Source: Albugo candida (lineage: Eukaryota). From it: 64,000 nt of DNA. The position numbers were made by a program, and so were the translations under genes. Below the pieces are notes generated by a model that was given only the letters and a program-made list of their open reading frames with translations, did not search any database and was not told where the DNA came from. Numbering within the stretch: position 1 is the stretch's first letter; each line of letters begins with the position of its first letter. Positions 1-12,406 of this stretch are shown in pieces. The stretch covers positions 1-64,000 of the forward strand of contig JBDOQK010000072.1 in the NCBI GenBank assembly GCA_040437565.1, in the 5' to 3' direction.

Positions 1-297
1 GTGGCTCATTTCCCACGATCGCAATGCCAGAGAAGTGAAGATTTTACGATTTCACCTTCGTCCGATAAGTTCGGAATCAGCTCTGATGACGACAAGGTCA
101 AGATGTCAAGCAGTCAAGATCAAGACACATGTGCGGTGGCTCATTACCCACCAGCACATTTTTTGCAGAGTATGGTCATTGCTCTGAAGAGCGAGTTGAA
201 AGGATTGGAAGTGAAGCTGGCAGAATTCACATTCGACAACCGAAAGCTCCGGACACAATTGGACCGGTTGCTGCAAGGAAGATGTAGTTATCAGTAA
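1..297 (+). CDS. 3' end of a hypothetical protein (5'-truncated by the window) with a C-terminal coiled coil
   Basis: Open frame from the window start to TAA 295-297. Heptad-like LKSELKGLEVKLAEFTFDNRKLRTQLDRLL. GTGGCTCATT(T/A)CCCAC recurs at 1 and 136. Confidence 0.45.
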   Translation: MAHFPRSQCQRSEDFTISPSSDKFGISSDDDKVKMSSSQDQDTCAVAHYPPAHFLQSMVIALKSELKGLEVKLAEFTFDNRKLRTQLDRLLQGRCSYQ

Positions 298-698
298 TTA
301 TTGATAATGCTAAAATGATTGTAATATGCCGTTTCAACATAACGCCTTATTGAATATTTTCTTAACTTCTGTGTCTTTGGGGTTGACAGAATGGAGTAGC
401 GTGAGGATTCCATCCGGATAGTACACTCTCATTTGATATATCTGCTTCCAAGCGCATCTAAATTCTTGAACATGAATATGCATTTGAAATCACAAGCTAT
501 AGCTACTAAGGTAGCAGAGCTTCCTTTCGTCATACGTCTACAGGGAGTTTGAGATGTAGGAAATGAACGCTGGTCAGTGGAAGGCCGAATGCGGTAGCTG
601 ACGGACACTCAGTCAATAGCGGGTACAAGTGCCAACCATGAGAGACAGATTCAGTCGTCAATTGCATAAATCAGAGCATATATTACACTAGCAACGAA

Positions 699-1417
699 TT
701 ATTTTGGGGCTTTTGCGGGCAAATCTTCATAGCGTAATGTCCCATCCTTTAGCGCTTCGATCTCAGCTTTGGTCAAGAAACGGCCTCCAGATCCTCGAAG
801 ACGTCGCATGGCGTGCTTGTGCCTTGACTGATGCAAATACGGTTTGCGTTGTCGTCCCCCACATTGTAGTTTGGCTTCCATTTTTGCCCGCTGTTGTCTC
901 CGAATCATAATTCTGTGATATTGCTTAGCATTCACATAAACAGGTTCTTCTTCTGCGATTTCTGTTTGATTGGTATGGTTGAGACGCGGAAAAAGCGTTT
1001 GATTTAACTGATACAACACCCGTTAGTACGCTCATCCAAAAGACAATGATAATTCTCACCATATACTGAGGCATCATCATCATATTTGCGTTATACATTG
1101 CACGTAGCTGCTCGTTATTCGGATGCTGTTGCTATAAGCCAAAACAATCAAAACATCGCGCACATCGACCCATACTATCAACAAGTGAGTACCATCTAAT
1201 ACAAAGTGATAGAAACGTGAGTATGCACACAATGCGACACATTTCTGAATAGGCATCATACCATTTGCTGAAACCATTGCTGTTGTTGTTGCTGATACAT
1301 TGCAAGATTCGCTTGTAGTTCAGCTTGCGATTGTGTTGTTTGTTGTGCTGAATTCTGTGAATCAATTGCGGAATTTGACTGATTTTGTAGCCCGCAGGAA
1401 TGTTGAGATGCGTCCAT
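699..1417 (-). CDS. NFYA: Nuclear transcription factor Y subunit A (CCAAT-binding factor B / HAP2), spliced
   Basis: Conserved [24 protein letters not shown]...[25 protein letters not shown] domain. Q-rich N-terminal exons from ATG 1417 (MDASQHS...[15 protein letters not shown]...) joined by GT-AG introns. Confidence 0.93.
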
Positions 1418-1777
1418 TAAGTTTTTCACTGAATACAAAAAAAGTTAGCAGCTACCATGCCGAGTTTTCCTCACACAGAAATCCCATTTATTGGATCAAC
1501 CGTACGAATTAAAATGCTCCCTGCTCGATGCTTTCTTCTGGTTGGTGGAACTCTCTCCTTTGATATAATTTACACTACTCGAACGACTTAATTGGTAGAA
1601 ATTAGCTCCATCGGAGGGGAGGATTTTACGACATTGAAAATGCTNNNNNNNNNNNNNNNNNNNNNNNNNNNNNNNNNNNNNNNNNNNNNNNNNNNNNNNN
1701 NNNNNNNNNNNNNNNNNNNNNNNNNNNNNNNNNNNNNNNNNNNNTCCATCGGAGGGGAGGATTTTACGACCTTGAAA

Positions 1778-4700
1778 ATGCTGACAAAGTTCGAGTCGAA
1801 AAGTAATCGTGTGAAGGGCCTTGCGTTTCATTTGAATCGTCCGTGGATCCTTACTGCATTGCACAATGGTGTGATCCAATTGTGGGATTACAGAATGTGC
1901 ACACTGCTCGATCGTTTTGATGAACACGATGGACCTGTGCGTGGCGTCGACTTTCATCGAACTCAGCCTTTATTCGTTTCTGGAGGTGATGATTACAAGC
2001 TGAAAGTATGGGATTATAAGCTAAAGCGATGTTTATTCACTTTATTGGGTCATTTGGACTATATTCGAACCGTACAATTCCATCATGAGTATCCATGGAT
2101 TCTCAGCTGTTCCGATGACCAAACGGTTCGAATTTGGAATTGGCAATCACGTTCATGTGTATCAATTCTCACAGGTCATAATCACTACGTCATGTCGGCA
2201 TCATTTCATCCCAAAGACGATCTTATCGTATCGGCCTCATTGGATCAAACGGTAGGTTCCATCTCTCTCATCGATAAAGTCTCACAGTAGCTCTATAATA
2301 GGTTCGCGTTTGGGATACCACAGGCTTAAGGAAGAAAACTGTGCGTGGAGCTCCTTCCGGATTGGATGATTTAGTACCATCTCGTGTAAATAACGATATA
2401 TTTGGTGCCAGTGATGCAATTGTCAAATACGTTTTGGAAGGCCATGATCGTGGTGTTAATTGGGCGACATTTCATCCCAATCTGCCTCTTATCGTCTCTG
2501 GCGCTGACGATCGACAGGTGAAATTATGGAGAATGAATGAGACGAAAGCCTGGGAGGTGGATACGCTACGTGGACACACCAGTAACGTCTCGTGTGTGAT
2601 CTTCCATCCGAGACATGAGCTCATTATCAGTAACTCGGAAGATCGATCACTTCGAGTATGGGATATCTCCAAGCGTGTGGCTCTGCAGACATTCCGACGT
2701 GAAAATGATCGCTTTTGGATTCTTCAAGCTCATCCAACTCAGAATTTGATTGCAGCTGGTCACGATTCGGGAATGATTGTTTTCAAATTGGAACGAGAAC
2801 GACCGCCAATGGACATTAATAATGGGATGGTGTACTACGTGAAAGAACGATATATCCGTATGTACTCCCTTTTGGACGGAAGTGATGTCCCTGTTGCCAC
2901 TATTCGACGGACAGGAACCATTGGAACAGGAAGCTCGAATCTTCCTCGAGATCTTATGTATAATCCGTACGATCAAGGGTCCAATGTGAAAACGATTCTT
3001 CTGTCCAGTGAAGCCGATGGGGACTCTTATGAGCTTGTTACGATCAGTAATAGTACGTCTGGAGACACATGCGATTCAACACGAGGGAGTGGTCGTTTTG
3101 TGGCATTTGTTGCACGAAATCGATTTGCAGTTTTGGACAAATCGAGACATATTCTCATCAAAAACTTTGCGAATGAAGTAACCAAGAAAATCACACCACC
3201 AAATGGCACGGCGGATGGATTGTACTGTGGCGGTGTTATCGGTAGAGTTTTGCTTCACGCGGATGAGAAAATGATTTTGTATGAGACTCAAAGCCGGCGA
3301 GTACTCGCTGATCTCCAAGCACCTCGCGTCAAGTATGTTATCTGGAGCTCCAATTACGACTATGTGGCTCTCATCAGCAAGCATTCCGTGATACTCGCCG
3401 ACAAAGACCTCAAACATCTGTGTACCATCACAGAATCCGTTCGTATCAAAAGCGGAATTTGGTCCGAGTCTTCAGAGATATTTGTGTACACGACAGTGAA
3501 TCACATCAAATACACACTTTCGAATGGTGACAATGGTATTATTCGAAGTCTTGATGTACCCGTCTACTTGACGCATTTGGAAGGTTCCAAGTTGTATTGT
3601 CTCGATCGTGAAGCCAAAATGCGAACAATGGCAGTGGATTTAACGGAATGTGAGTTCAAAATCGCTCTCAATCGAAAGAATTTTACAGAAGTCATGCGTA
3701 TGGTTCGTCATTCCCGCTTATGTGGCCAAGCAATCATCTCATATTTGACCAAGAAAGGGTACCCAGAAGTTGCATTACATTTCGTAAAAGACGAGAAAAC
3801 CCGGTTCAAGCTGGCAATTTCCTGTGGTAATTTGGAAGTGGCTTTGAATTCAGCGTACGAATTGGATGATAGTGAATGTTGGCATCAGCTCGGCGTTGAA
3901 GCTTTTCGACAAGGAAACATCCAAGTCGTAGAAATGGCATATCAACGTACCAAAAACTTTGATCGATTATCGTTCTTGTACTTGGCCATTGGGAACCGTG
4001 AAAAGCTGCAAAAAATGCTCAAAATCTCTGAATTACGAAATGACATCATGTCCCGCTTTCATAATGCCTTATACCTTGGAGATTACAACGAGTGTGTTCT
4101 CAGTTTGGAAAGTGCCGGACAAGTTGGTCTGGCGCTCGTGACAGCCACAACGTATGGTCTCACAGAGCATGTGGAACGCCTGCGTCAGATACTGGAGCAA
4201 AGTCATCCAAATTTGGATTTGGATGAGTTTCTGAAAGGACAAACTCGACCGGATGCTCGTCTTTTATTTCCTCCTATTTGCGTGAGCAATGTGGAAAATG
4301 AGAATTGGCCACTTGTTGATATCAATGAGCCTACTATCCAGGATCATGTCGAGGCTGCCGATAAACGTGAAGCAGAGCGAAGTGGTCGACAACAGCCTTC
4401 CAGTCAAATGGTATCACAACCTGATGATCATATCGAGGATTCAAGTCGGAAATATTCGGCTGATCTTGGATTTGAAGGAGCTGATGCATGGGATGACTCT
4501 GGGGAATTAGATCTTGGCCTCGCGGATGAAAGTTTTGATGTGGGTGGATCCCTTGCCGATGAATTATCTGATATCCCTTCAGGTGATTTGGACGCCAATT
4601 ACGTGGCAGCTCCATCTCCAGGAAATGATCCAGCAACTTTGTGCGTTCGAATTTCGCCACTTGCCGCTGATCATGCAGCTGCTGGATCTCTGACAACATG

Positions 4701-5550
4701 CATGCAATTGCTTCATCGACAGATTGGAGTCGTGAATTTTGAACCACTCAAGCCCATGTTCATGTCAGTGTACCTCGGAAGCAAAGCATCACTACCTACA
4801 CAAGCCAATACTCCTTCGTTAGACGTATGGCTTCAGCGTAATGGAGAAGGCCAACCTATCATCGCAATATCATTCCCATCGCTTGTCGAGTCTCTGAAAG
4901 ACGCGTATCGTGCCTTCACAGCCGCCAAATTCGAAGATGTCAAAAGTATTTGTGAGACGATTTTGCACTCGATCCCTTTCCTCGCCGTAGAAACGAAAAA
5001 CGAAGCGGACAAAGTGAAAAGTCTTGTCAAAGTGTGCCGAGAGTACCTGTTATCGTGTCGTATCCGAACGGAAGTGTCCAAGTATCCTTTAGACTCGGAA
5101 CCAAAACGAAATGTGGAATTGAGTGCATACTTTACGCATTGCGACCTTCAGCCTCCGCATCTCGTTCTCACATTGAAAATTGCAATGACAAATGCATTCA
5201 AATCGAACAATTTCATCACAGCAGCCTCATTTTGCAGACGTTTACTGGAGATCCCAGAAGTTGTATCACATCCTCGACATGAAAAGCTTCGACTGACAAC
5301 GCGTAAAGTCTTACAGAAAGCAGAAATGGAGGCCAGAAATGAACATCAATTGGCGTATCAGGACACGAAGGCGTTTGTGTTGTGTGCCCGTACATTTGAC
5401 CCGATATACTCGGGCACCCAAGACGCTCGATGCCCTTATTGTGCGACATCATACCTTCCATCTTTCCACGGGACATTATGTGATATTTGCGGCATTTCGA
5501 GGATCGGTGACGAGACAATCGGTTTGGTTCTTACGACTCGGGAAAGCTAA
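1778..5550 (+). CDS. COPA: Coatomer subunit alpha (alpha-COP), 2 exons
   Basis: Canonical N-terminus [20 protein letters not shown]40 repeats, coatomer WD-associated region and C-terminal [13 protein letters not shown]...CPYC. Intron ~2252-2301. Confidence 0.98.
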
Positions 5551-5572
5551 TACAAAATCACATTTATTGTCA

Positions 5573-6665
5573 TCACATGCATTTGCTCTTTTGTTTCGCT
5601 GCACACAGAATATAATTAATTTGATGGCAAGTCGGATCAAGTCGCCAGTCATTCAGTATGGGACTTCCAATGATTCCGGCGATATCGACGATATTTGCAT
5701 CGTGTTGCTACGTACACGAATCAGAAGCGCATGGATTGTGAGGTACGAGCACAGACAGCGATAAAATGTTCCATTTCTTGAGGTGTGACAAATTTGCTCC
5801 AATTGTGCGTTCCTGCGATACAAAGAGACTCAGCGTACGAATGGAATGCATGGATCGGTACCGGGAGGAAGGAGTCTAAAGACGTATTCTGCTGCACCGA
5901 TCGCCAGTAAGTATGACAATAACGTGCGATTGATTGTCGAAAGGAACAAAAGTCCTCCGGGCTAAGGCACAAGCTTACTGAGTTTAGTTGTGAAAAAGCC
6001 GATAGAGCACCTTGACAAGCTGTAAGAGAGATCCGACAAAGACGCCAGGATCCGGGACATGTTCCACGACTTCCATAGAGCAAACGATATCACATTCCAC
6101 TTTTCTCGAAATCAAATCATCTGAACGAGAAATGGCTCAGTGAAGGGAAGGAACATGAGACCTCGAAGGCTACCGGCAATTCCACAACGATACTCGATCC
6201 TGCTCGTTTCTGGATCGATAGAAGCGTGTTTCTGTGCTGCCTTGATATTCTCACTTCCCGGATCAACGGCCACCATCGATCCCCCGAGACGACATAAAGC
6301 CTCGAGCCTCCCGTTAGATAAATGAAAAAATGCGCAATGAAAGAACATACTTCTGTCAAAATGCCTCCTCCACAGCCGATATCCGCAATCTTCAAATTGT
6401 GCAGCGGTTTTGACTCACTGGTGCTCTTAAAATGCAACATGGAATGATTTCGGATGTATCGGACTCGAACGCGATTCATTTGGTGCAAAAGATTGACACT
6501 GCTCGATACATTTGGCTTCCACCAGTCACTGTAGCACGTCTACGAGTGAGTCTCAATCCATTCTGAGAGCTAATACACGTCTTACTCTGCGACTGTATTG
6601 AATTTCGCGACTTCGCGATCGATTACGCTCGAAAAACGTCGCTCCAAACCTGAGAATCGCTTCAT
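5573..6665 (-). CDS. COQ3: Ubiquinone biosynthesis O-methyltransferase (UbiG/COQ3), multi-exon
   Basis: [20 protein letters not shown] motif [33 protein letters not shown] and terminal INYILCA before TGA at 5573-5575. The start could alternatively be ATG 6677. Confidence 0.93.
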
Positions 6666-6731
6666 ACCGCTATACATAAATTTATACAGCTGTAAGGCGA
6701 TATCAAATACAATTAAAACAAAGCTTTTGTG

Positions 6732-9471
6732 ATGGTAAACGATCCAATTGGCACCGAAACAAACGAACCGATTCAAAAGTTGAGAGAAAATACAGCTGGT
6801 GATCGTCAGCAGAATGAAAGCAGTACCTCCGCGATAACAGAGCCAATTCAAAAGAAACAACGACTCGAACAAATTGCTGGACCGGAGAAAGTAGAGGATT
6901 TTCCTGGAAAAAGTCTCGACCTCCTAAGCAAGCAAGAGTCGACGATGAACGAGTCGGTGATTTCTTCAGCCACGATATCAAGGGAAAATAAACGAATATG
7001 CGCGATATGCAACAAGGCAGGAGCGTCATTCGTATGTGCAGCCAAGTGTGGGCTTGAGGCTCATATCGAATGCATTCATCCTGACACGATATTCACATTA
7101 AGCGGTATGCATACGTGCGAGGGAATAAGCACTCGGATAACAGATCTTATTCTTAGTTGGTCAAATCTGTGGAAGTTGTGCCATTTGTCAGCAGAATCGG
7201 TCGTCACATGAAGACGTGCAGAAAGGAGGCATTCACGGACTTTCGGTCGGATTTATTTTCGTGATTTTGATGCACGTTTTCGCTTATTGCCGACAAATCC
7301 TTCTAGGTTCGTCGGGCAATATTATACATTAGTGTCGAAAGCTGTAAAGGTTTCAATTTCGAGAAATTCGGTCATCTAGCCTCATTACGATTGTTTGAAA
7401 TTGGAGCTGTGCGTTATTATATAATCGATGGGTACACGAATAATTGTGGTTTGTTTTGGATGTCATCAGATTGCTAGTTATCCGATAAAGCCTTTTGCCG
7501 AGAAATTTGTGGAGCCATTCTTGCAGGTTGATACTTGCTTTAGAACTGAGTCGTAGTCTCACTTTGGTTGTAGCGTTGGATGCGTGAAAAGCTCGTAACT
7601 GCTTCCCAGTGGGTTACCAATGTCCGAGACATCTTCACAGTGATCATCGGTCTCAACAGGTGAGAAATTTCAATGCTTCGGTTTGGAGATGTGAGTCGAA
7701 GCGTATCTATAGCCTAAAAAGAGCGCAAATCTCGCACAATCACACGCAATCAATCAGAGATCTCATCAAACATCGCAAGTTTACCGTCATCGATTTTCTC
7801 GGGTGGCATCCAAATATCGAAAGTCCTTCAGTGCGATCATCAAGTTTGTGTAGCGTTTGCGGCATTCGAAATGCACCCGAGGTCTTTTATCCATTTTATG
7901 ACCTCCCACTTATTTCTAACATATTGTAATGCCTCGCAGGTGAGCGATTGCACACGATGTCGACGTAAGCTTGTGATTCCCTCGACGTTTGCTAAATTCT
8001 CCAGCGCCCTACTTGCCACGTACTATGCAGGTGACGATATTGTGACCACAGGAATTGGCTGATCATAACAGGTTTTTGTAGAGCTGGTGGGTATTTCGCT
8101 AGGAACAAGCCATATCGACGTGTTTCTTCATGTCAGTGCAATGCGTTTGTCCTACAAAGGACTTCGCCCAGTTGACCCTGAAGGATTGGAATGGAATTCA
8201 TTCGCTGATCAGTACGTAGTTTCTTGCATGCCTTTCCATTGCAACATACGATCTCAACGGCTCAGGTTGCGGATGATTTTTGGATTTCTCGAAGTTATGA
8301 GTGACTTTGGCGTTTTGCAACTGAATGCGACGTTTTTTGAGAGCGAAATCCGATTTATATTCAATGGAATGTATATCCATCAGGCAATCCTTTTGAACGA
8401 ATTCGAACTCGTTGGGAGGTTTTTGCAATCGATGAAATTATTTGGAGCAAGTTTCATCTCGTCACACAATGCTTTGATCAATGCGTGCGAGACATTTTTA
8501 CTTGGGCAGCAACTGAGTCAGAATGGAAGCTGGTGTAAGGATCATTGGACACCAGCAGATCAATACAAAGCAACTGTCACTTGTGCCAAGTAAGTAGTTA
8601 CAAGTCCGTAAATCGCGCTCAGAGTCGCTATTTAGGGCGTTGTTGAATCCAAAATTTCGTGGTTTTGGGCCGGCACACGTCGAATGTCAGCGGTATTTGG
8701 AGAAATGGGCTCGAGCGGCTCGCGTTGAAATCGACACGGAATTTATCAATACCAAGCAACTTGCTTCTGGAGTGAAAATGAAATTTGCCGAAGAGAGTCA
8801 ATTAAAACAGCTGATGATTCTGTATCAGGCACGTTGCGGATCTCCTCCCACTGCTTTTTTAAGCTTTCTTGCGCTCGTAGAATAAGGCAAATCAAGATCA
8901 AGCTGCTAATTTTCTGGAAGCCCAAGTCCTTTCCAGGCTGTATAGTCTTGTAAGCTCTGAGGTTTGTGTCCAAGAGTAGACTCTACTGGTGGCTAAATAC
9001 CATTGTTAGGCTCCGAGGCACCATTCCATAAAATCAGAATTATCGCCCGAAAAAGACGACCTCGATACGACCCATTTTGATCAGGACGATGCTGAAGCGG
9101 CTGATGATGAAATGAACCTCCAAACAGAAGATTTTGCAAATAAGACCGAAGGTGAAGATGAGGACACACTAACAAGTCTCAGTCTGAATGGAGAACTCGA
9201 AATATTTAGTGGGCTGAAATTTGAAGGCGGCGATGTCATTGATCTGAGTCAACCTCGAAAAATGACGCCTCGAGAGGGAAAACCGCTGATGGACTTTACC
9301 CAATCTTCCGAAAATGATGAAGAAAAGGATCAAAATGTCAGTGAGAATGTGACAGTCGATGAAAGAAATTCGAATTTCTACGAAAATTATCGAGAAGAAT
9401 CAGAGAGGAATTCGAGCAGCGATGTAGCTATCAAGGACTCTGATACCTCGGGAAATAATGTGTCGCAATAA
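6732..9471 (+). CDS. Multi-exon hypothetical protein with N-terminal PHD-like zinc fingers, a central helical domain and an acidic tail
   Basis: CAICNKAGASFVCAAKCGLEAHIEC, CGSCAIC, YQCPRH and CSVCG..CTRC Cys/His clusters in successive exons. Coding-like ORFs 8087-8593, 8640-8885 and 9112-9471. Exon structure only partly resolved. Confidence 0.65.
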
Positions 9472-9535
9472 AAAGCGCTTTATTTCATTTGCGTTTAAAG
9501 TGATTTACATAACATCATATCCATTGACGAAAGGT

Positions 9536-10256
9536 ATGCGCCGCGTTCTGCTTTACGGACTCTCAGCGAATCCCCCAACCGGTTTTGGAGGACATCTTGG
9601 CCTTATCCGACACTTTCAGCAACGGGAAACACTAGACGAGATATGGATTCTTCCAGTGTATCGACACATGTACGAAGAAAAAACAAATCTTGCCTGCTTT
9701 CATCACCGTGTCGCGATGTGTCATTTGGCGGTAGCTGCCTTACCTCACGTTGAAGGTTGTGCCTCTATGACTATAGAAAATCCTTGAGTTTCATCATTTT
9801 GCGATAGGTATGCAGGTGAGAGTTTTAGAGACGGAAAAAGAAGTCTATGAGAAGATAAATGGCGACACGGAAGCGTCTGCGCAATCCATTCGTTCTGCCG
9901 GGACGATTGATGTTATCAATTATTTGCGGGAACAGCATCCATTCACGCGATTTTCTCTATTGCTTGGAATGGATGCTTTTGCGGATCTGTTGGCAGGAAA
10001 ATGGAAAAATGGTAAAGAGATACTGGAATCAACGGATGCAATTGACATTATAGTGGTACGAAGACCGGGATCACGACATTTGCTGGAACAAGCAGACGTC
10101 AATGAATCGATAGAGATACTGAGTGTCCCTGGCTTGCAAGCGATCTCGTCCACGATGGCTAGAGATTGCAGCGATTCTCAAGAGCTTTGCAAGTATGTGG
10201 AACGCGCGGTAGCAGAGTACATTGTGAACAACAGACTGTATGGGTTTATGTCTTGA
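9536..10256 (+). CDS. nadD: Nicotinate/nicotinamide mononucleotide adenylyltransferase (NadD-like), 2 exons
   Basis: LLYGLSANPPTGFGGHL (HxGH-like), EIWILPVY, HRVAMCHLA, GTIDVINYL, LLLGMDAF, W, ISSTMAR and V..YI.NNRLY are all NadD family motifs. Confidence 0.88.
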
Positions 10257-10282
10257 TTAATATAAGCCAATCGAGTGAATAA

Positions 10283-10904
10283 ATGATTCGCATCAATGTG
10301 CAAAGTGCAAAGACTTTGCTGCAAAAACGAGCTCTTACGTGTGCAAGAAATACAATTTTTGTGAATGCGTCGCAACGGATACAAAAAAGGTCCTCGCGTT
10401 GTGCACATTTTCAGCGCAAAGTACTGACGCGGACATTTGCGGACATTCCTCATTTCGACATGGAAGAGCACGAATTTGTCCATCTTGCGGATTCAGCTTT
10501 GGAAGAAATCTTCGACAGCATGGGCGATGTCGAAGATGCAATTGATGACGCTGATATTACACTTTCTGTAAGCGCTTCTTCGATACAACATAACGTCTTA
10601 TTTCGTACACATTCGCTGATTCTGTAGCAAGGTGTGCTAAAGATTGATCTGGCGGATGCTGGAAGTTGGGTGATCAACCGACAAGTTCCGAATAAGCAGT
10701 TGTGGTGGTCATCGCCATTGAGGTGAGCCAAACATCATGAAATACATCACCTGGAATGACTTTTTCTGTGATGAAAGTGGGCCACGTCGGTATGAATACA
10801 ATCCAAAGTCAAAGTGCTGGGAGAATACTCGTGATAAAACAGAGTTAAAGGATCTTTTGAAAAGAGAAATTGAGGAGGCCATAGGTGCTTCCGTGCGTCT
10901 GTAA
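10283..10904 (+). CDS. FXN: Frataxin (CyaY), mitochondrial, 3 exons
   Basis: Basic presequence, [52 protein letters not shown]. TAA at 10902-10904. Confidence 0.95.
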
Positions 10905-10992
10905 CCAATCTGAATGAACAAATGCTTCTTAAAAATGTATTCTATTGAGATAGGAAAAGATTAGCGTGATATCAAAAGATTCTGACGAGAAA

Positions 10993-12332
10993 TCAAAGCT
11001 TCCATCCTCGCTGTTGTGCGTTTGCATCAAGCTTTCTTCGACCTGTTGCATAACATGTCGATTTGTCGCTACCCAGCTGATCCATACCACATAACGGCTT
11101 GGACTCGAAGATATTGTGATTTCTAGGCCGATGTGGGGACCAATTTCGCATACTCTGAGCTCCATTATACACGGACGACCCGCCAGGTTTGAAAGACGTA
11201 GGCAAAACAATCGGCATAACCTCATTGAAATCTCGCATTGCTGATTCAAAAGCTAGATGATCAGCAAGAAAACTAGTTCTTAACGTCGGTGATCCATGCT
11301 CGGGTATGAAATCTTGATATGGAAAAGCCCGTGTATGAGCGATAGCAACCAAAGTCATTTCAAAACAAATTAAAAGATTCTGGATGCCTGTCGTGACATT
11401 CTCGACACTCCATGATCCCAGCTCGTGTATGATCCGAAAACGAGATAAGAAAGCAAGTACGACACTTTGCCAAAATGATAGGAAGATAACAGCCTTGATA
11501 CACAACAGCTTGGGTACAGGATTATATGGTCGTAATGGAATCTCCAGAGCATAGTAAAATAATACCAAATAATAAAAAGCATATGTAACGGAGAGGTTGA
11601 TGAAAAACGAAACGTAAATGTATCCTTTGTCCAAGCGAAATTGACCTTGATCGTACGCGTCATTGACCTGCAAAATGATTGCGAAGAGCGCCATAAGTGG
11701 TTTCATAATAACAAACTGCATCGTTGCAATTTTACAGTCACGAAGAAATTCTGGGGCCATCATTTCTGGTTTCTTGCAATATTTGACTGGCCAAAAATGC
11801 TTCACACTTGGAAGCGGGTGGATAATCTAATGCAACTGTTGTGTAATAAAGAGCTGAAAATGGCGCTGTAAACATACCTGCAAAACACGTTCATGACTTC
11901 CATCTCCGAGATACGCAATCATGAGAGCCAAAAATAGGTAGACCACGTAGGCTTCATAGCAATCTCGCATCAAATCAAGGTATAAGGCAATGTTCTATGC
12001 ATTCTCACGCTCACATAGAATCCAAAGTACCAGCATTGAGGTACAAAATACCTTGAAGCGAAGCGATAACCACGAGTCGGTGGCATAGATCGGTACCATC
12101 CATAGTATTCCCACAATCTACGATGTAATATCAGAGAGAGGAACGTCTATAAATGCTGACGTACTTTACTTTGTATTGCGGGTTTTGTGAAATTGCGTAG
12201 ATGTGAACGGATAAGTCGTACAGATATGGTGATGGACGCTGCGACACATAAGCCTGCGACAACCCAGACAGAACGCTGAACTCTTGCTTCGGCCGTAGCA
12301 ATTTGAACAATGTATTCGAGCTCTTGTTCCAT
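10993..12332 (-). CDS. TMEM184: TMEM184 / organic solute transporter OST-alpha family membrane protein, multi-exon
   Basis: IRSHLRNFTKP, ILWMVPIYA, RDCYEAYV, QFVIMKPL, PKLLCIKAVIFLSFWQS and IQNLLICFEM...AHTRAFPY signatures. Confidence 0.92.
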
Positions 12333-12406
12333 TGTCAATGACTCAGTTCTATGCAGTACCATCTTATTGGTACATCAGTCGTATTGGTAGAAATTCTTTT
12401 GGAAGA

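Noticed and set aside
2472..5764. Numerous short antisense or alternate-frame ORFs overlapping COPA and other genes
   Set aside because: Shadow ORFs of real coding sequence with no independent motifs.
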